DNA of 64,000 nucleotides from Actinomycetes bacterium. Its GTDB lineage: Bacteria; Actinomycetota; Acidimicrobiia; Acidimicrobiales; JAJYXR01. A model generated the notes under the pieces. The model did no database searches, was not told the DNA's origin, and was given only the letters and a program-made list of their open reading frames with translations. The stretch lies in assembly GCA_021801795.1 (NCBI GenBank), contig JAJYXR010000028.1, positions 21,429 through 85,428 of the forward strand, in the 5' to 3' direction. Of this stretch, positions 27,982 to 38,958 are shown one piece after another (position 1 is the stretch's first letter; each line of letters starts with the position of its first letter). The position numbers were made by a program, and so were the translations under genes.

Positions 27982-29001
27982 GTGGGCGATGCACACGAGC
28001 TGGCGGGGCCGATCGAGGCATTCCTCGACGCCTGTGGTGCCGAGCAGCACCGCGACATCTGCCGGTCGATGCTCGAGACCATCGGGTCGCTGGTCCACCA
28101 GCAGGCCGACACCCTCGACCTGAAGCTGGCGAACGCTGCGCTGGCGGAGATGGTGGACGCCTTCCGCGTCTTCGCCCCCTACAGGGACGCCCCGAAGACG
28201 ACCTTCTTCGGCTCCGCACGCACCGAGCAGGAGGATCCCAACTACCTCCAGGCTCGTCGCCTCGCGAAGATGCTGGCCGCGGAGGGATGGATGGTGGTCA
28301 CGGGTGCGGGGCCGGGCATAATGCAGGCCGCGATGGAAGGAGCCGGCACGGACAGATCCCTGGGGGCGAACATCCGGCTGCCACACGAACAGGGAGCCAA
28401 TCCCTTCATCGCCCAGGATCCGAAGCTCGTCGAGATGCGCTACTTCTTCACCCGCAAGCTGATGCTGATAAAGGAGTCAGACGCCTACGTAGTCCTGCCG
28501 GGAGGCTTCGGCACCCTCGACGAGGGCCACGAGCTGCTCACCCTGCTGCAGACCGGGAAAGCACAACCTGCACCGGTGGTGCTGCTCGAGGTGCCCGGCG
28601 GCAGCTACTGGAGATCCTGGGAGCACTTCATCTCGACCGAGGTGCTCGCCAAGGGTCTCATCGACCCCGACGACCGCTTCCTCTACCGGATAACGGACGA
28701 CGTGGTCCAGGCCCGCTCGGAGATACTGGGCTTCTACACGAACTACCACTCCTGCAGGTTCGTCGGCGATCTACTGGTCATCCGCCTGCACCACGCCCCT
28801 TCGGCCCGGGAGCTCACCGAGCTCACCCGGGACTTCCGGGACATCCTGGCAGGAGGATCCATCCGGACTGCCACCGCCTTCCCGCCCGAGCGCTCCGCAG
28901 GCGACCACCTGGAGCTGGATCGTATCGCCTTCCGGTTCAACCGCAGCAGCTACGGAAGGCTTCGCCAGCTCATCGACGTGCTGAACACCATGGCTGGCTG
29001 A
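27982..29001 (+). CDS. LOG-family (TIGR00730-type) nucleotide phosphoribohydrolase, long form
   Basis: 339 aa. ...FFGSARTEQEDPNY...VVTGAGPGIMQAAMEGA... and ...PGGFGTLDEGHELLTLLQTGK... are LOG signatures. Extra N- and C-terminal extensions are present. Confidence 0.8.
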   Translation: MGDAHELAGPIEAFLDACGAEQHRDICRSMLETIGSLVHQQADTLDLKLANAALAEMVDAFRVFAPYRDAPKTTFFGSARTEQEDPNYLQARRLAKMLAAEGWMVVTGAGPGIMQAAMEGAGTDRSLGANIRLPHEQGANPFIAQDPKLVEMRYFFTRKLMLIKESDAYVVLPGGFGTLDEGHELLTLLQTGKAQPAPVVLLEVPGGSYWRSWEHFISTEVLAKGLIDPDDRFLYRITDDVVQARSEILGFYTNYHSCRFVGDLLVIRLHHAPSARELTELTRDFRDILAGGSIRTATAFPPERSAGDHLELDRIAFRFNRSSYGRLRQLIDVLNTMAG

Positions 29002-29024
29002 GGAGGCAGCTCACGGGCCGCGGC

Positions 29025-30668
29025 TCACCCCTGGCCTGTCACGCCGGGATCCACCAGGCATACATCCAGTTCCCCCGCTGCGTAGCCAGCCCTGAGCGCC
29101 TTCTTGTCGAACTTGCCGACGCTCGTCTTCGGGATCTCCTCGAGGAAGCACCAGCGCTCCGGGAGCCACCAGCGTGCCACCCGCCCTGCGAGGAACCCGA
29201 GCAGCTCCTCTGGACCCGGTGTCGTGCCCGGCACGCAGACCACGCAGACCAGGGGCCGCTCGGCCCACTTCTCGTCGGGCACCGCCACCACTGCCGCCTC
29301 GAAGACGGCTGGATGCGCCATGACTGCGTTCTCGAGCTCCACCGAGGAGATCCACTCTCCACCTGACTTGATGACGTCCTTCGTCCTGTCCGATATCTGC
29401 ATGAAACCCTTCGAGTCGAGCGATCCCACGTCGCCGGTCCTGAGCCAGCCGTCATGGAAGCGCTCCGGGCTCGGATCCCCGAAGTAGCTGCCGGTTATCC
29501 ATGGGCCCCTCACCTCGAACTCCCCCACCGATTCCCCGTCGGGTTCCAGCACCGTCCCGTCCTGTCCGACCACCCGCACCTCCACACCGGCCACCACCCT
29601 GCCGGTCTTCGACCGCCAGAGGATCTCCTCCTCGGGTGGAACGCCCTTGGGCGGGAAGGCGACCGCACACAGGGGACTCGTCTCGGTCATCCCCCACCCC
29701 TGGAGCATCGTCACGCCGAAGCGTTCCCTGTAGGCCTCGATGAGCGAGCGGGGGACTGCAGAGCCGCCAGCAGTCAGGAGCCTCACCGAGGACAGGTCCA
29801 CCTCGTGGTCCTCGCCATAGCGCAGGAGGTCGTTCCAGATGGTCGGGACACCGAGCGACATGGTGGGCCTGTGCAGCGCGAACATGCGCGCCAGCGGCTC
29901 TGCCTGCAGGTAGCGCTCCGGCATCACGAGGTCACAGCCAGACATGAAGGCAGCGTAGGGGGTACCCCAGGCGTTCGCATGGAACATCGGCACTATCACC
30001 AGCACCCGGTCACGCTCGCACATCGCCATGGCATTCCCCGAGAGCACGGCCGTCGAGTGCAGCCAGGTCGAACGGTGGCTGTATACCACTCCCTTCGGGT
30101 CCCCGGTGGTGCCGCTCGTGTAGCACATGGCGGCGGCAGCGTGCTCGTCGAATACCGGCCAGTCGATACCGGGCTCCTCGGCAGCCAGGAGGTCCTCGTA
30201 TGCAAGGTGCTCTCCCAGTGCCGAGGCATCCTCGGGACCCACCACCACCAGGTGCTCCACTGCCCTGCACTCGGGCAGCACCCGGGCCAGTGCAGGTGCG
30301 AGGACCGAGTCCACGATGATCACCCGGTCGCCGCCGTGGTTTATCACGTACGCGAGCTGCTCGGGGAACAGCCTGACGTTGAGCGTGTGCAAGACCGCAC
30401 CCATGGCCGGGACGCCGAGATAGGCCTCCAGGTGTGCCTGGTGGTTGAACGAGAAGGTGCCCACCCTGTCGCCGAATCCGATTCCCAGCCTCTTCAGGGC
30501 CTTAGCCAGCTTCTCCGCCCGTGACGCGACGTCTGCGAAGCTGGCCTGGGTATCACCCGAGCTTCCCGCCGATATCACCAGGCTCTCCCCGTAGACACGC
30601 TGACCGTGGCGGAGGATGCCGCTCACCAGGAGAGGTCCGTCCTGCATGGTGCTCGTCATCCCGGCCAT
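29025..30668 (-). CDS. Long-chain fatty-acid--CoA ligase (AMP-dependent synthetase)
   Basis: 547 aa. The AMP-binding motif is ...MCYTSGTTGDPKGVVYSH..., followed by ...GWGMTET... and ...GWLRTGD...KDVIKSGGEWIS... Confidence 0.85.
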   Translation of the reverse strand: MAGMTSTMQDGPLLVSGILRHGQRVYGESLVISAGSSGDTQASFADVASRAEKLAKALKRLGIGFGDRVGTFSFNHQAHLEAYLGVPAMGAVLHTLNVRLFPEQLAYVINHGGDRVIIVDSVLAPALARVLPECRAVEHLVVVGPEDASALGEHLAYEDLLAAEEPGIDWPVFDEHAAAAMCYTSGTTGDPKGVVYSHRSTWLHSTAVLSGNAMAMCERDRVLVIVPMFHANAWGTPYAAFMSGCDLVMPERYLQAEPLARMFALHRPTMSLGVPTIWNDLLRYGEDHEVDLSSVRLLTAGGSAVPRSLIEAYRERFGVTMLQGWGMTETSPLCAVAFPPKGVPPEEEILWRSKTGRVVAGVEVRVVGQDGTVLEPDGESVGEFEVRGPWITGSYFGDPSPERFHDGWLRTGDVGSLDSKGFMQISDRTKDVIKSGGEWISSVELENAVMAHPAVFEAAVVAVPDEKWAERPLVCVVCVPGTTPGPEELLGFLAGRVARWWLPERWCFLEEIPKTSVGKFDKKALRAGYAAGELDVCLVDPGVTGQG

Positions 30669-30703
30669 GGTCCGAGCCTAGCGACGGCGACGGCCTTGCG
30701 CTG

Positions 30704-30770
30704 GTACTGTCCAAGCTATACGCTATATTATACTTTGTCATGTATTGTCATGACTTGATATTACCTGTCG
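30704..30770. promoter_or_regulatory. AT-rich island in the divergent acyl-CoA ligase / SLT intergenic region; candidate promoter and operator
   Basis: This is the only strongly AT-rich stretch I saw. A minus-strand TATAAT sits at 30727-30732, about 59 nt upstream of the ligase ATG. The direct repeat TTGTCATG occurs at 30735-30742 and 30745-30752 (10-bp period). The palindrome GTCATGAC is at 30747-30754. Confidence 0.4.
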
Positions 30771-30846
30771 CATCGGTGGCCTGGTCGCTGCATGGAGGAG
30801 ATGATCCCGCAGGGGGCCATCGAGTCGTGGCCGGGACGAGGCCGGG

Positions 30847-31458
30847 ATGAGGGGCGCGATCTGGCTGGTCGGGGTGATCTTCGCCATCGTGGCTGGTGCG
30901 GCGGCACTTGGTGTGGGCCTCGCGACCCTCTCCTCGGAGCCCTTCTTCGCCATGCTGGGAGGAGGATCGGCTGGCACGGAGGTTGGCATGCCGGCCGGTG
31001 TCCCCGGCGCGGCCAGCAGCGCCGCGCCTCATCCGCCGGCCCTGCTCGTGATGCTCGATACCGAGGCAGCCGCGGGCGTCGACCTGGCGGGCACCGGCGG
31101 TCCGACGGGCACTTGCGGGATCAGCCCAGGACTGCTCCTGGCCCAGCAGTGGGTGGAGTCACGCTTCGACCCCTCTGCGCGAAGCGACAAGGGGGCGGTG
31201 GGAATAGCCCAGTTCGAGCCCGGTACATTCCAGGAATACGCGCTGCCTGTCCCCTACGGTGGAGCGATGCCGCCGACCAGGCTGGACCCGGTGGACAGCG
31301 CCTGGGCCGAGGCCAGGATGCTCTGTGCGGACGGCGGTTCCAGCGATCCCCTCGCTGCCCTGGTCACCTATAACTGCGGCTCGCTGTCGACGTCGTGTCT
31401 GCGGGCAAGCCTTCCATACGCCCTGGAGGTGGTCTCGCTGGCAAAGGATCTTGGCTAG
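30847..31458 (+). CDS. Membrane-anchored lytic transglycosylase (SLT domain)
   Basis: 203 aa with an N-terminal TM helix. The SLT catalytic region is ...LLAQQWVESRFDPSARSDKGAVGIAQFEPGTFQEY... Confidence 0.75.
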   Translation: MRGAIWLVGVIFAIVAGAAALGVGLATLSSEPFFAMLGGGSAGTEVGMPAGVPGAASSAAPHPPALLVMLDTEAAAGVDLAGTGGPTGTCGISPGLLLAQQWVESRFDPSARSDKGAVGIAQFEPGTFQEYALPVPYGGAMPPTRLDPVDSAWAEARMLCADGGSSDPLAALVTYNCGSLSTSCLRASLPYALEVVSLAKDLG

Positions 31459-31558
31459 GATCGGCACGCTGGTCGGTCGCCTCCGTGGCCTCATGCTGGC
31501 GGGCCACCTCGCCGGTCTGGCCGGCAGTCTCGCCGCGAACACGAAGGGCAGGAAGAAG

Positions 31559-32533
31559 ATGGGCCTGGTGAACACGGTAAAGGGTCCGGTGGATGCTGCC
31601 TCGCTCGGACCCACGCTGGCTCACGAGCATGTCTTCGTCCACTCCCCCGAGGTGGAGCAGAACTGGCCTGGCGATTTCGACGAGAGACGGGAGATCGGGA
31701 AGGCTGCCGAGCGGCTGCAGGCCCTGTACGAGGCTGGGATCAGGACCATCATCGACCTGACAGTCGTGGGACTCGGGCGCGACATCGAACGGGTGGCCCG
31801 GGTGGCAGAGCAGGTCGACCTGAACATCGTGGTGGCCACTGGTCTCTACGCATATGCCGAGATACCCCACTACTTCGACTACCGGACAGCGGATTTCCGT
31901 CCTGGCGGTGTCGATGCCCTCGATGAGCTCTTCATGAGGGACATCGAGGACGGGATAGCCAGGACGGGTATCCGGCCTGGAATACTGAAGTGTGCCACCG
32001 ACGAGCCGGGCCTCACCCCGGGTGTGGAGCGCGTCCTGAGGGCAGTGGCGCGGGTGCACAGGAGAACCGGCCTGCCCATATCCACCCACACCCATGTCGG
32101 CACCCGGAGGGGCCTGGACCAGCAGCGCGTCTTCGCCTCGGAGGGAGTCGACCTCTCACGTGTGGTCATAGGTCACAGCGGTGACTCCACCGATCTCGAT
32201 TACCTGCACCAGCTCCTCGACGCAGGCTCCACCCTCGGCATGGACCGCTTCGGCATCGACATGATCCTTCCCTTCGAGGACCGTGTCGACATGGTCGCGC
32301 GCCTGTGCTCCGAGGGTCACGCTGCCAGGATGGTGCTGGCCCACGACGCCGCCTGCCACATCGACTGGTTCGATCCTGCCCTGCGCGAGGCTGCCGCGCC
32401 GAACTGGCACTTCCTGCACATCACGGCCGACGTGCTGCCGGCACTTCGTGCCCGTGGGGTCACAGAGGAGCAGATAACCACCATGCTCGTCGAGAACCCA
32501 CGGAGAATCCTCGACCATGGCGGTCCGTACTGA
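31559..32533 (+). CDS. Phosphotriesterase-family (PHP-like) metal hydrolase
   Basis: The ORF opens at 31259, but the homology begins at the ATG at 31559. MGLVNTVKGPVDAASLGPTLAHEHVFV... (HxH) is followed by ...ISTHT... and ...VIGHSGD...; the product is about 324 aa. Confidence 0.75.
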   Translation: MGLVNTVKGPVDAASLGPTLAHEHVFVHSPEVEQNWPGDFDERREIGKAAERLQALYEAGIRTIIDLTVVGLGRDIERVARVAEQVDLNIVVATGLYAYAEIPHYFDYRTADFRPGGVDALDELFMRDIEDGIARTGIRPGILKCATDEPGLTPGVERVLRAVARVHRRTGLPISTHTHVGTRRGLDQQRVFASEGVDLSRVVIGHSGDSTDLDYLHQLLDAGSTLGMDRFGIDMILPFEDRVDMVARLCSEGHAARMVLAHDAACHIDWFDPALREAAAPNWHFLHITADVLPALRARGVTEEQITTMLVENPRRILDHGGPY

Positions 32534-32585
32534 TCCACCTGGCAGGGCGGCGAGCTCTGCCTACCCGGGTACCAGCATCGGCCCG

Positions 32586-32617
32586 ATCCAGCGCTGCAGT
32601 CGAAGCATGCGCTGGAT
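32586..32617. terminator. Candidate bidirectional hairpin between the convergent phosphotriesterase-like gene and gltD
   Basis: ATCCAGCGC...GCGCTGGAT forms a perfect 9-bp stem around a 14-nt loop, directly after the gltD stop. No U-tract follows. Confidence 0.35.
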
Positions 32618-32620
32618 CGA

Positions 32621-34138
32621 TCACCGCATCGCTAGCTGGCCTGGGACTATAGGTGCAGGGAGGCTGCTAGTGCCTTCCAGCCAACGATCCACTGCCGCCG
32701 CGCACGAGCGGCCCTCGGCGATAGCCCATACGATCAGGCTCTGACCCCGCACGGCATCGCCGCAGGCGAACACGCCTGGTCTCGAGGTGCTCCAGTCGGT
32801 CCCCACCGCGATGTTCGAACGTGCGTCGAGCTGCAGGTCGAGGCTGGCCATCACCCCGTCTCGCTCCGGCCCGAGGAAGCCCATTGCCAGCAGGACCAGC
32901 TGGCAGGGAAGCTCGAAGTCGCTGCCGGGAACCTTCTCGAAGGTGATGCCCGTGGATCCGGCCAGAGCCGACACCTGGTGTCCCTTCAGAGCGCGGACAT
33001 TTCCCTCGTGATCCCCGACTAGCTCGGCTGCGGTCACAGCATAGAGACGCTCACCGCCTTCCTCGTGCGCAGAGGAGGTCCGGAATATGACTGGCCAGGT
33101 CGGCCAGGGGTTCCCCGGTGCTCGCGCCTCGGGTGGGCGCTCCATGATCTCCAGCTGGTGGACGCTCAGCGCGCCCTGGCGGTGCGCCGTGCCGAGACAG
33201 TCGGCCCCGGTATCGCCACCGCCGATGATCACCACCTGCTTTCCCTGGGCCGACACCGGCGACTTCGCCAGAACCCCCTCGCGCACGAGGTTCGATGGCT
33301 TCAGGTACTCCATGGCGAAGTGGACGCCGTTCAGCTCCCTACCTGGTATGGCCAGGTCGCGTGGTGCCGTGGATCCGACGGCCAGCACCACCGCGTCGAA
33401 GCTGCCCAGAAGCTCGTCCACCGCGAGCAGCCTCGCTCCGGGTGCTGTGGCTCCACCCGGGGCCTCTGGCAATGACCCGGGATCTCCACCTACGCAGGTC
33501 GCGCACTCGAACTCGACGCCCTCGGCACGGAGCTGGGCCAGGCGCCGGTCGAGGACGCGCTTTTCCATCTTGAACTCCGGTATGCCATAACGCAGCAGTC
33601 CTCCAGGACGCTCCGCGCGCTCGTAGACGACGACCCGATGGCCAGCCCTGGCGAGCTGCTGTGCGCACGCGAGACCCGCTGGACCCGAACCCACCACTGC
33701 TACCGACTTTGCCGTTCGGAAGTCAGGTCGCAGCGGCACCACCCAGCCCTCCTCGAAGGCCCGCTCCGCGATCTCGTACTCGACGCGTTCTATGGTCACG
33801 GGATCCGAGTTGATGCCGAGCACGCAGGCTCCCTCACATGGCGCCGGACACAGCCTCCCGGTGACCTCGGGGAAGTTATTCGTGGCATGTAGGCGCTCGG
33901 AGGCATCGAAGAAGTCGTCCCGCCAGACCAGGTCGTTCCACTCCGGGATGAGGTTCCCGAGGGGGCAGCCGTCGTGGCAGAAGGGGATGCCGCAGTCCAT
34001 GCAGCGTGCCGCCTGGGTGCGGACCCGCTCCTCGTCGAAGTCCTCGTAGACCTCGTGCCAGTCACGTACCCTGAGCGATACCGGCCGGCGCTCGGGCAGC
34101 TCCCTCGGGTACTCCATGAAGCCAGTCGGCTTGCCCAT
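32621..34138 (-). CDS. gltD: Glutamate synthase small (NADPH) subunit
   Basis: 505 aa. The N-terminal Cys clusters (...CMDCGIPFCH.GCPLGN... and ...CPAPCEGAC...) and the GSGPAGLA dinucleotide fold are present. Confidence 0.92.
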   Translation of the reverse strand: MGKPTGFMEYPRELPERRPVSLRVRDWHEVYEDFDEERVRTQAARCMDCGIPFCHDGCPLGNLIPEWNDLVWRDDFFDASERLHATNNFPEVTGRLCPAPCEGACVLGINSDPVTIERVEYEIAERAFEEGWVVPLRPDFRTAKSVAVVGSGPAGLACAQQLARAGHRVVVYERAERPGGLLRYGIPEFKMEKRVLDRRLAQLRAEGVEFECATCVGGDPGSLPEAPGGATAPGARLLAVDELLGSFDAVVLAVGSTAPRDLAIPGRELNGVHFAMEYLKPSNLVREGVLAKSPVSAQGKQVVIIGGGDTGADCLGTAHRQGALSVHQLEIMERPPEARAPGNPWPTWPVIFRTSSAHEEGGERLYAVTAAELVGDHEGNVRALKGHQVSALAGSTGITFEKVPGSDFELPCQLVLLAMGFLGPERDGVMASLDLQLDARSNIAVGTDWSTSRPGVFACGDAVRGQSLIVWAIAEGRSCAAAVDRWLEGTSSLPAPIVPGQLAMR

Positions 34139-34211
34139 CAGCGAACCCTCCTATCCGATGCTGCCGCCAGCGCAGCCGGCCGAAGCGACCCATACGGGGT
34201 GAGGTGAGTCA

Positions 34212-37200
34212 TCACCCGTGCGCCGCCGCCATGACGGCCTCGTCCACCGAGGTGCCCCTCTCCACTGCCAGCCGGGTCGCCTCCAGCACCCTCCGGTAAT
34301 CCCTCGGCATCACCTTCACGAAGTCGCCGGCTGTGGCGGCGAAGCGCTCAAGTAGCCCAGCAGCGACAGCCGATCCTGTCTCCGTCCGGTGGCGCGTGAG
34401 CACGTCCATCAACCAGCCCAGGTCCCCATCGTCCAGTGGCTCCAGGTCCACCATCTCGAAGTTCGTACGTTCGGCCAGAGCCGAGTCGGGGTCGTAGACG
34501 TAGGCCACGCCACCCGACATCCCTGCCCCGAAGTTCCTGCCGGTAGGTCCCAGCACCACGACGTATCCGCCGGTCATGTACTCGCAGCCGTGGTCGCCGA
34601 CGCCCTCCACGACTGCCAGGGCACCGGAGTTCCGGACGCAGAAGCGCTCACCGGCCTGGCCGCGAATGAAGACCTCGCCGCCGGTGGCTCCGTAGAGGAC
34701 GACGTTCCCGGCTATCACCTGGTCCTCTGCCCTGAAGGTGCTGGATTCGGGTGGCATAACCACGACCCTTGCGCCGGAGAGACCCTTGGCCAGGTAGTCG
34801 TTCGCGTCCCCTCGCAGGCGCAGCGTGATGCCGCGGGGAACGAAGGCGCCGAAGCTCTGACCTGCAGAGCCATCGAATGTGATGTCGATGGTGTCATCTG
34901 GCAGCCCAGCGCTGCCGAGGCGCTTCGTCACCTCGTAGCCGAGAAGGGTGCCCACTGTCCTGTCCACGTTCCTTATGGCGAGGTTCGCGCCCACCCTCAC
35001 GCTTCCGTCACCAGCCTCGATCGCAGGCATGCACACCTCCATGAACTGGTGGTCGAGCGCACGGTCCAAGCCATGATCCTGGCTGCGTCGCCAGAGCCTG
35101 TCTGTAGGAGGTCCGGCCTCGGGCTCGGCCACCACCGGGGACAGGTCCAGTCCACGAGCCTTCCAGTGCGCGACCGCTACCTCGGGGTCCAGCAGGTCCA
35201 CACGCCCCACCGCCTCCTCTAGCGACCTGAGACCCAGCATGGCCAGGTACTCGCGCACCTCCTCGGCTATGAACTGGAAGAAGTGCTCCACGAACTCCGG
35301 CTTTCCCGAGAAGCGCTTGCGCAGCTCGGGGTTCTGGGTGGCGATGCCGACGGGGCAGGTGTCGAGGTGGCAGACCCGCATCATCACGCAGCCGGACACC
35401 ACCAGGGGCGCGGTGGCGAAGCCGAACTCCTCCGCGCCGAGCAACGCCGCCACGACGACATCGCGCCCGGTCTTCATCTGCCCGTCCACCTGGACCACGA
35501 TGCGATCTCTCAGGCCGTTGCGCACCAGAGTCTGCTGTGTCTCGGCCAGTCCCAGCTCCCAGGGAACCCCTGCGTGCTTTATCGATGTGAGCGGGCTCGC
35601 CCCTGTGCCCCCGTCGTGGCCCGAGATGAGGACCACGTCGGACTTCGCCTTGGCCACCCCGGCAGCCACCGTACCGACGCCCACCTCCGCCACCAGCTTC
35701 ACGTGCACCCGAGCTTCCGGGTTCGCGGACTTCAGGTCGTGTATGAGCTGGGCTATGTCCTCTATCGAGTAGATGTCGTGGTGAGGAGGCGGCGAGATGA
35801 GGCCCACGCCAGGAGTGGAGAACCTGGTGCGCGCTATCCACGGGTACACCTTGTGCCCGGGCAGCTGCCCACCCTCGCCGGGCTTGGCTCCCTGGGAGAT
35901 CTTTATCTGGATGTCGTCGGCGTTCACCAGGTACTCACTCGTGACCCCGAAGCGTCCAGAGGCCACCTGCTTTATGGCGCTACGTCTCAGGTCACCGTTC
36001 GGGTCAGGCACGAAGCGCTGGGGATCCTCGCCACCCTCGCCGGTGTTGGACTTCGCCCCGAGGCGGTTCATCGCTATGGCCAGGGTCTCGTGTGCCTCCG
36101 CGGAGATCGAGCCATAGGACATCGCTCCGGTGGCGAACCGCCTCATGATCTGAGACACCGGCTCGACATCCTCGAGGGGGATCGGTGCCGGGGCATTCTC
36201 GTATCCTGCCGAGCGGGTGCGCAGGCGCATCAGTCCCCTGAGCGTCGCCAGCCGCTCGGCCTGATCGTCTACGAGCTGTGTGTACTCCTTGAACACGTCG
36301 TAACGCTTGGCCCTGGTGGCATGCTGGAGCTTGAAGACCGTCCTCGGGTTGAAAAGGTGTACCTCTCCTTCGCGCCGCCACTGGTACTCCCCGCCGGTAT
36401 CGAGCTCACGGTGCGCCAGCTCTCTAGGTCGAGGAAAGTGCGCTCTACGGTGCCGCTCGGCCACCTCCTCTGCCAGCACGTCGAGTCCGACGCCGCCGAT
36501 CCTGCTGACCGTGCCGGTGAAGTACTCGTCCACCAGATCGCGCGCCAGGCCGACCGCTTCGAAGACCTGGGCACCGCAGTAGCCCTGTACGGTGGATATG
36601 CCCATCTTCGACATGATCTTCACCACGCCCTTCGTCGCCACCTTCAGGTAGTTCCTACGGCCCTGGCGCGGGGTCACTCCCGTGACGGCTCCAGATGCGA
36701 TCATGTCGTCGACTGTCTCGAGAGCCAGATACGGGTTGACCGCAGAGGCTCCGTATCCGATCAAGAGGGCGATGTGGTGCACCTCGCGCGCGTCTCCGGT
36801 CTCGACTACCAGGCCCACCCGGGTGCGGGTGCGCTCCCGGACCAGGTGATGGTGGACTGCCGAGGTGACCAGTAGCGACGGCACCGGCGCCTGGAGCGCG
36901 TCCGAGTTCCTGTCGGACAGCACTATCACGTTGGCTCCGGAGGCTATGGCCTCGGAGACCTTCCGGCGCACCTCCTCGATGGCCGACCGGAGGGCCTCCG
37001 CACCTCCGTCCACCTCGAAGAGCGCGTCGATGGCGAACCCCCGGAAACCCGGTGTCTCACCGTTCTCGTTCACGTAGAGGAGCTTCGCGAGGTCCTCGTT
37101 GTCTATCACAGGCCGTGGAAGCACTATCTGTCGACACGAGGCCGCAGTCGGCTCCAGCAGGTTCCCCTCGGGTCCCACCAGCGACCTGGTGGCTGTTACC

Positions 37201-38840
37201 AGCTCCTCGCGGATCGCATCCAGGGGAGGGTTCGTCACCTGCGCGAAGAGCTGGGTGAAGTAGTCGTAGACCAGTCGCGGGCGCTCGGAGAGCACGGCGA
37301 TTGCCGCGTCGTTTCCCATCGATCCGATCGGCTCGGCAGCGGAGCTCGCCATCGGACCGATGATGAGACGCAGGTCCTCGTTCGTGTACCCGAAGACCCT
37401 CTGGCGGCCCACCACCGAGGAATGCTGGGGGGTGAGCATCACCCTGGGCGGCAGCTCTTCGAGACCCACCTGGTTGGCCCTCAACCACTCTCCATAGGGC
37501 TCTGCCGCAGCCAGCTCGGCCTTCAGCTCGTCGTCGCCTACGATCCTCCCCCTCTCGGTGTCCACCAGGAACATCCGCCCGGGCTGGAGCCGACCCTTGG
37601 CCACCACATGGCGCTGGTCGATGTCCAGCACCCCGACCTCGGAGGCCAGCACCACCAATCCCTCGTCGGTCACCCAGTAGCGCGCGGGCCTGAGGCCGTT
37701 CCGGTCGAGGACCGCCCCAGCGACGACACCGTCCGTGAAGACCACGGCTGCCGGCCCGTCCCATGGCTCCATCACCGATGCATGGAAGCGGTAGAAGTCC
37801 CGGCGAGCCTCCTCCATGAGACCGTGGTTCTCCCAGGCCTCCGGGATCATCATGAGAACGGCATGCGGCAGGCTCCTGCCGCCCAGGTGGAGCAGTTCCA
37901 GCACCTCGTCGAATGAGGCCGAATCGGACCCCGACGGGCTGCAGATGGGGAACAGGCGGGACAGGTCGCCCGGGATGAGGCTGCTGGCCAGCAGGGCCTC
38001 ACGGGCGCGCATCTGGTTCCTGTTCCCCCGCAGGGTGTTTATCTCCCCGTTATGGGCCAGGTAACGGTATGGGTGCGCGAGCGGCCAGGATGGAAAGGTG
38101 TTGGTGGAGAACCGCGAGTGCACCAGCGAGATCGCGCTCTGCATCCGCTCGTCCGCCAGGTCCGCGTAGAAGCCGTCGAGCTGCGTGGCGGTGAGCATCC
38201 CCTTGTACACGATGGTGCGCGCGGAGAGGGAGGAGAAGTAGACGTCGGCCACCTCGTTCTCCACCCTCCTCCTCAGGCAGTACGCCAGCCGCTCGAGCGC
38301 CATCACCGCATCGGCAGCATCTCTGGCCTGACCGGTCGGCGCCGGCCCGTCGGATGCCGGCGGTGCGCCGGGGCTGGCCGGTGCCACGAACACCTGGGCG
38401 AAGCGAGGCATCGCAGCCAGAGCAGAGGCACCCAAGCGCGAGGGGTCCACCTCCACCGACCGCCATCCGAGAAGGACCAACCCCTCCTCGACGGCTATCC
38501 TCTCCACCTCGGAGCGGGCCTTGGCTGCCGACTCAGCTTCCTCGGGCATGAAGGCGATGCCCGTGGCGTAGTGGCCGGGCTCCGGCAGGCTGAAGTCCGT
38601 GGTGGCCCTGAAGAGGGCATCGGGCACCTGGACGAGTATCCCTGCCCCGTCACCCGTGTCGGCCTCGGCTCCGCTGGCTCCGCGATGCTCGAGGTGCTCC
38701 AGGGCCGTAATGCCCTGCCGGACGATCTCGTGGCTCCTGCGGCCTCGCATGTCGGCCACCAGGGCAATGCCGCAGGCATCGTGCTCGAAAGCCGGGTCGT
38801 AAAGGCCCCTGGTGGGGTCCGGGCTCGTCATCCCATACAC
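34212..38840 (-). CDS. gltB: Glutamate synthase large subunit
   Basis: 1542 aa. The Ntn amidotransferase start is ...[12 protein letters not shown]... The FMN/Fe-S central domain and the C-terminal GXGXG beta-helix domain are present. Confidence 0.95.
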   Translation of the reverse strand: MYGMTSPDPTRGLYDPAFEHDACGIALVADMRGRRSHEIVRQGITALEHLEHRGASGAEADTGDGAGILVQVPDALFRATTDFSLPEPGHYATGIAFMPEEAESAAKARSEVERIAVEEGLVLLGWRSVEVDPSRLGASALAAMPRFAQVFVAPASPGAPPASDGPAPTGQARDAADAVMALERLAYCLRRRVENEVADVYFSSLSARTIVYKGMLTATQLDGFYADLADERMQSAISLVHSRFSTNTFPSWPLAHPYRYLAHNGEINTLRGNRNQMRAREALLASSLIPGDLSRLFPICSPSGSDSASFDEVLELLHLGGRSLPHAVLMMIPEAWENHGLMEEARRDFYRFHASVMEPWDGPAAVVFTDGVVAGAVLDRNGLRPARYWVTDEGLVVLASEVGVLDIDQRHVVAKGRLQPGRMFLVDTERGRIVGDDELKAELAAAEPYGEWLRANQVGLEELPPRVMLTPQHSSVVGRQRVFGYTNEDLRLIIGPMASSAAEPIGSMGNDAAIAVLSERPRLVYDYFTQLFAQVTNPPLDAIREELVTATRSLVGPEGNLLEPTAASCRQIVLPRPVIDNEDLAKLLYVNENGETPGFRGFAIDALFEVDGGAEALRSAIEEVRRKVSEAIASGANVIVLSDRNSDALQAPVPSLLVTSAVHHHLVRERTRTRVGLVVETGDAREVHHIALLIGYGASAVNPYLALETVDDMIASGAVTGVTPRQGRRNYLKVATKGVVKIMSKMGISTVQGYCGAQVFEAVGLARDLVDEYFTGTVSRIGGVGLDVLAEEVAERHRRAHFPRPRELAHRELDTGGEYQWRREGEVHLFNPRTVFKLQHATRAKRYDVFKEYTQLVDDQAERLATLRGLMRLRTRSAGYENAPAPIPLEDVEPVSQIMRRFATGAMSYGSISAEAHETLAIAMNRLGAKSNTGEGGEDPQRFVPDPNGDLRRSAIKQVASGRFGVTSEYLVNADDIQIKISQGAKPGEGGQLPGHKVYPWIARTRFSTPGVGLISPPPHHDIYSIEDIAQLIHDLKSANPEARVHVKLVAEVGVGTVAAGVAKAKSDVVLISGHDGGTGASPLTSIKHAGVPWELGLAETQQTLVRNGLRDRIVVQVDGQMKTGRDVVVAALLGAEEFGFATAPLVVSGCVMMRVCHLDTCPVGIATQNPELRKRFSGKPEFVEHFFQFIAEEVREYLAMLGLRSLEEAVGRVDLLDPEVAVAHWKARGLDLSPVVAEPEAGPPTDRLWRRSQDHGLDRALDHQFMEVCMPAIEAGDGSVRVGANLAIRNVDRTVGTLLGYEVTKRLGSAGLPDDTIDITFDGSAGQSFGAFVPRGITLRLRGDANDYLAKGLSGARVVVMPPESSTFRAEDQVIAGNVVLYGATGGEVFIRGQAGERFCVRNSGALAVVEGVGDHGCEYMTGGYVVVLGPTGRNFGAGMSGGVAYVYDPDSALAERTNFEMVDLEPLDDGDLGWLMDVLTRHRTETGSAVAAGLLERFAATAGDFVKVMPRDYRRVLEATRLAVERGTSVDEAVMAAAHG

Positions 38841-38958
38841 CTCATCTAGATCGCTGGACGTGGTCCTGCGGCCCGGGACGACGCTGGCCCTGCTGCAGCG
38901 TCACCATGTTAGCGCGGGCAGCGGCCCTCCCGGCGTCCCCACTCGCGCCGTATGGATC

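Noticed and set aside
27982-29001. Functional link between the LOG-family gene and the Pup-proteasome locus (LOG is a known pupylation substrate in M. tuberculosis)
   Set aside because: The genes are 14 kb apart with unrelated operons between them. Nothing in the sequence supports a linkage.
35283-36875. 530-aa plus-strand ORF (and other long plus-strand ORFs) inside gltB
   Set aside because: It is antisense to glutamate synthase and has no motifs.
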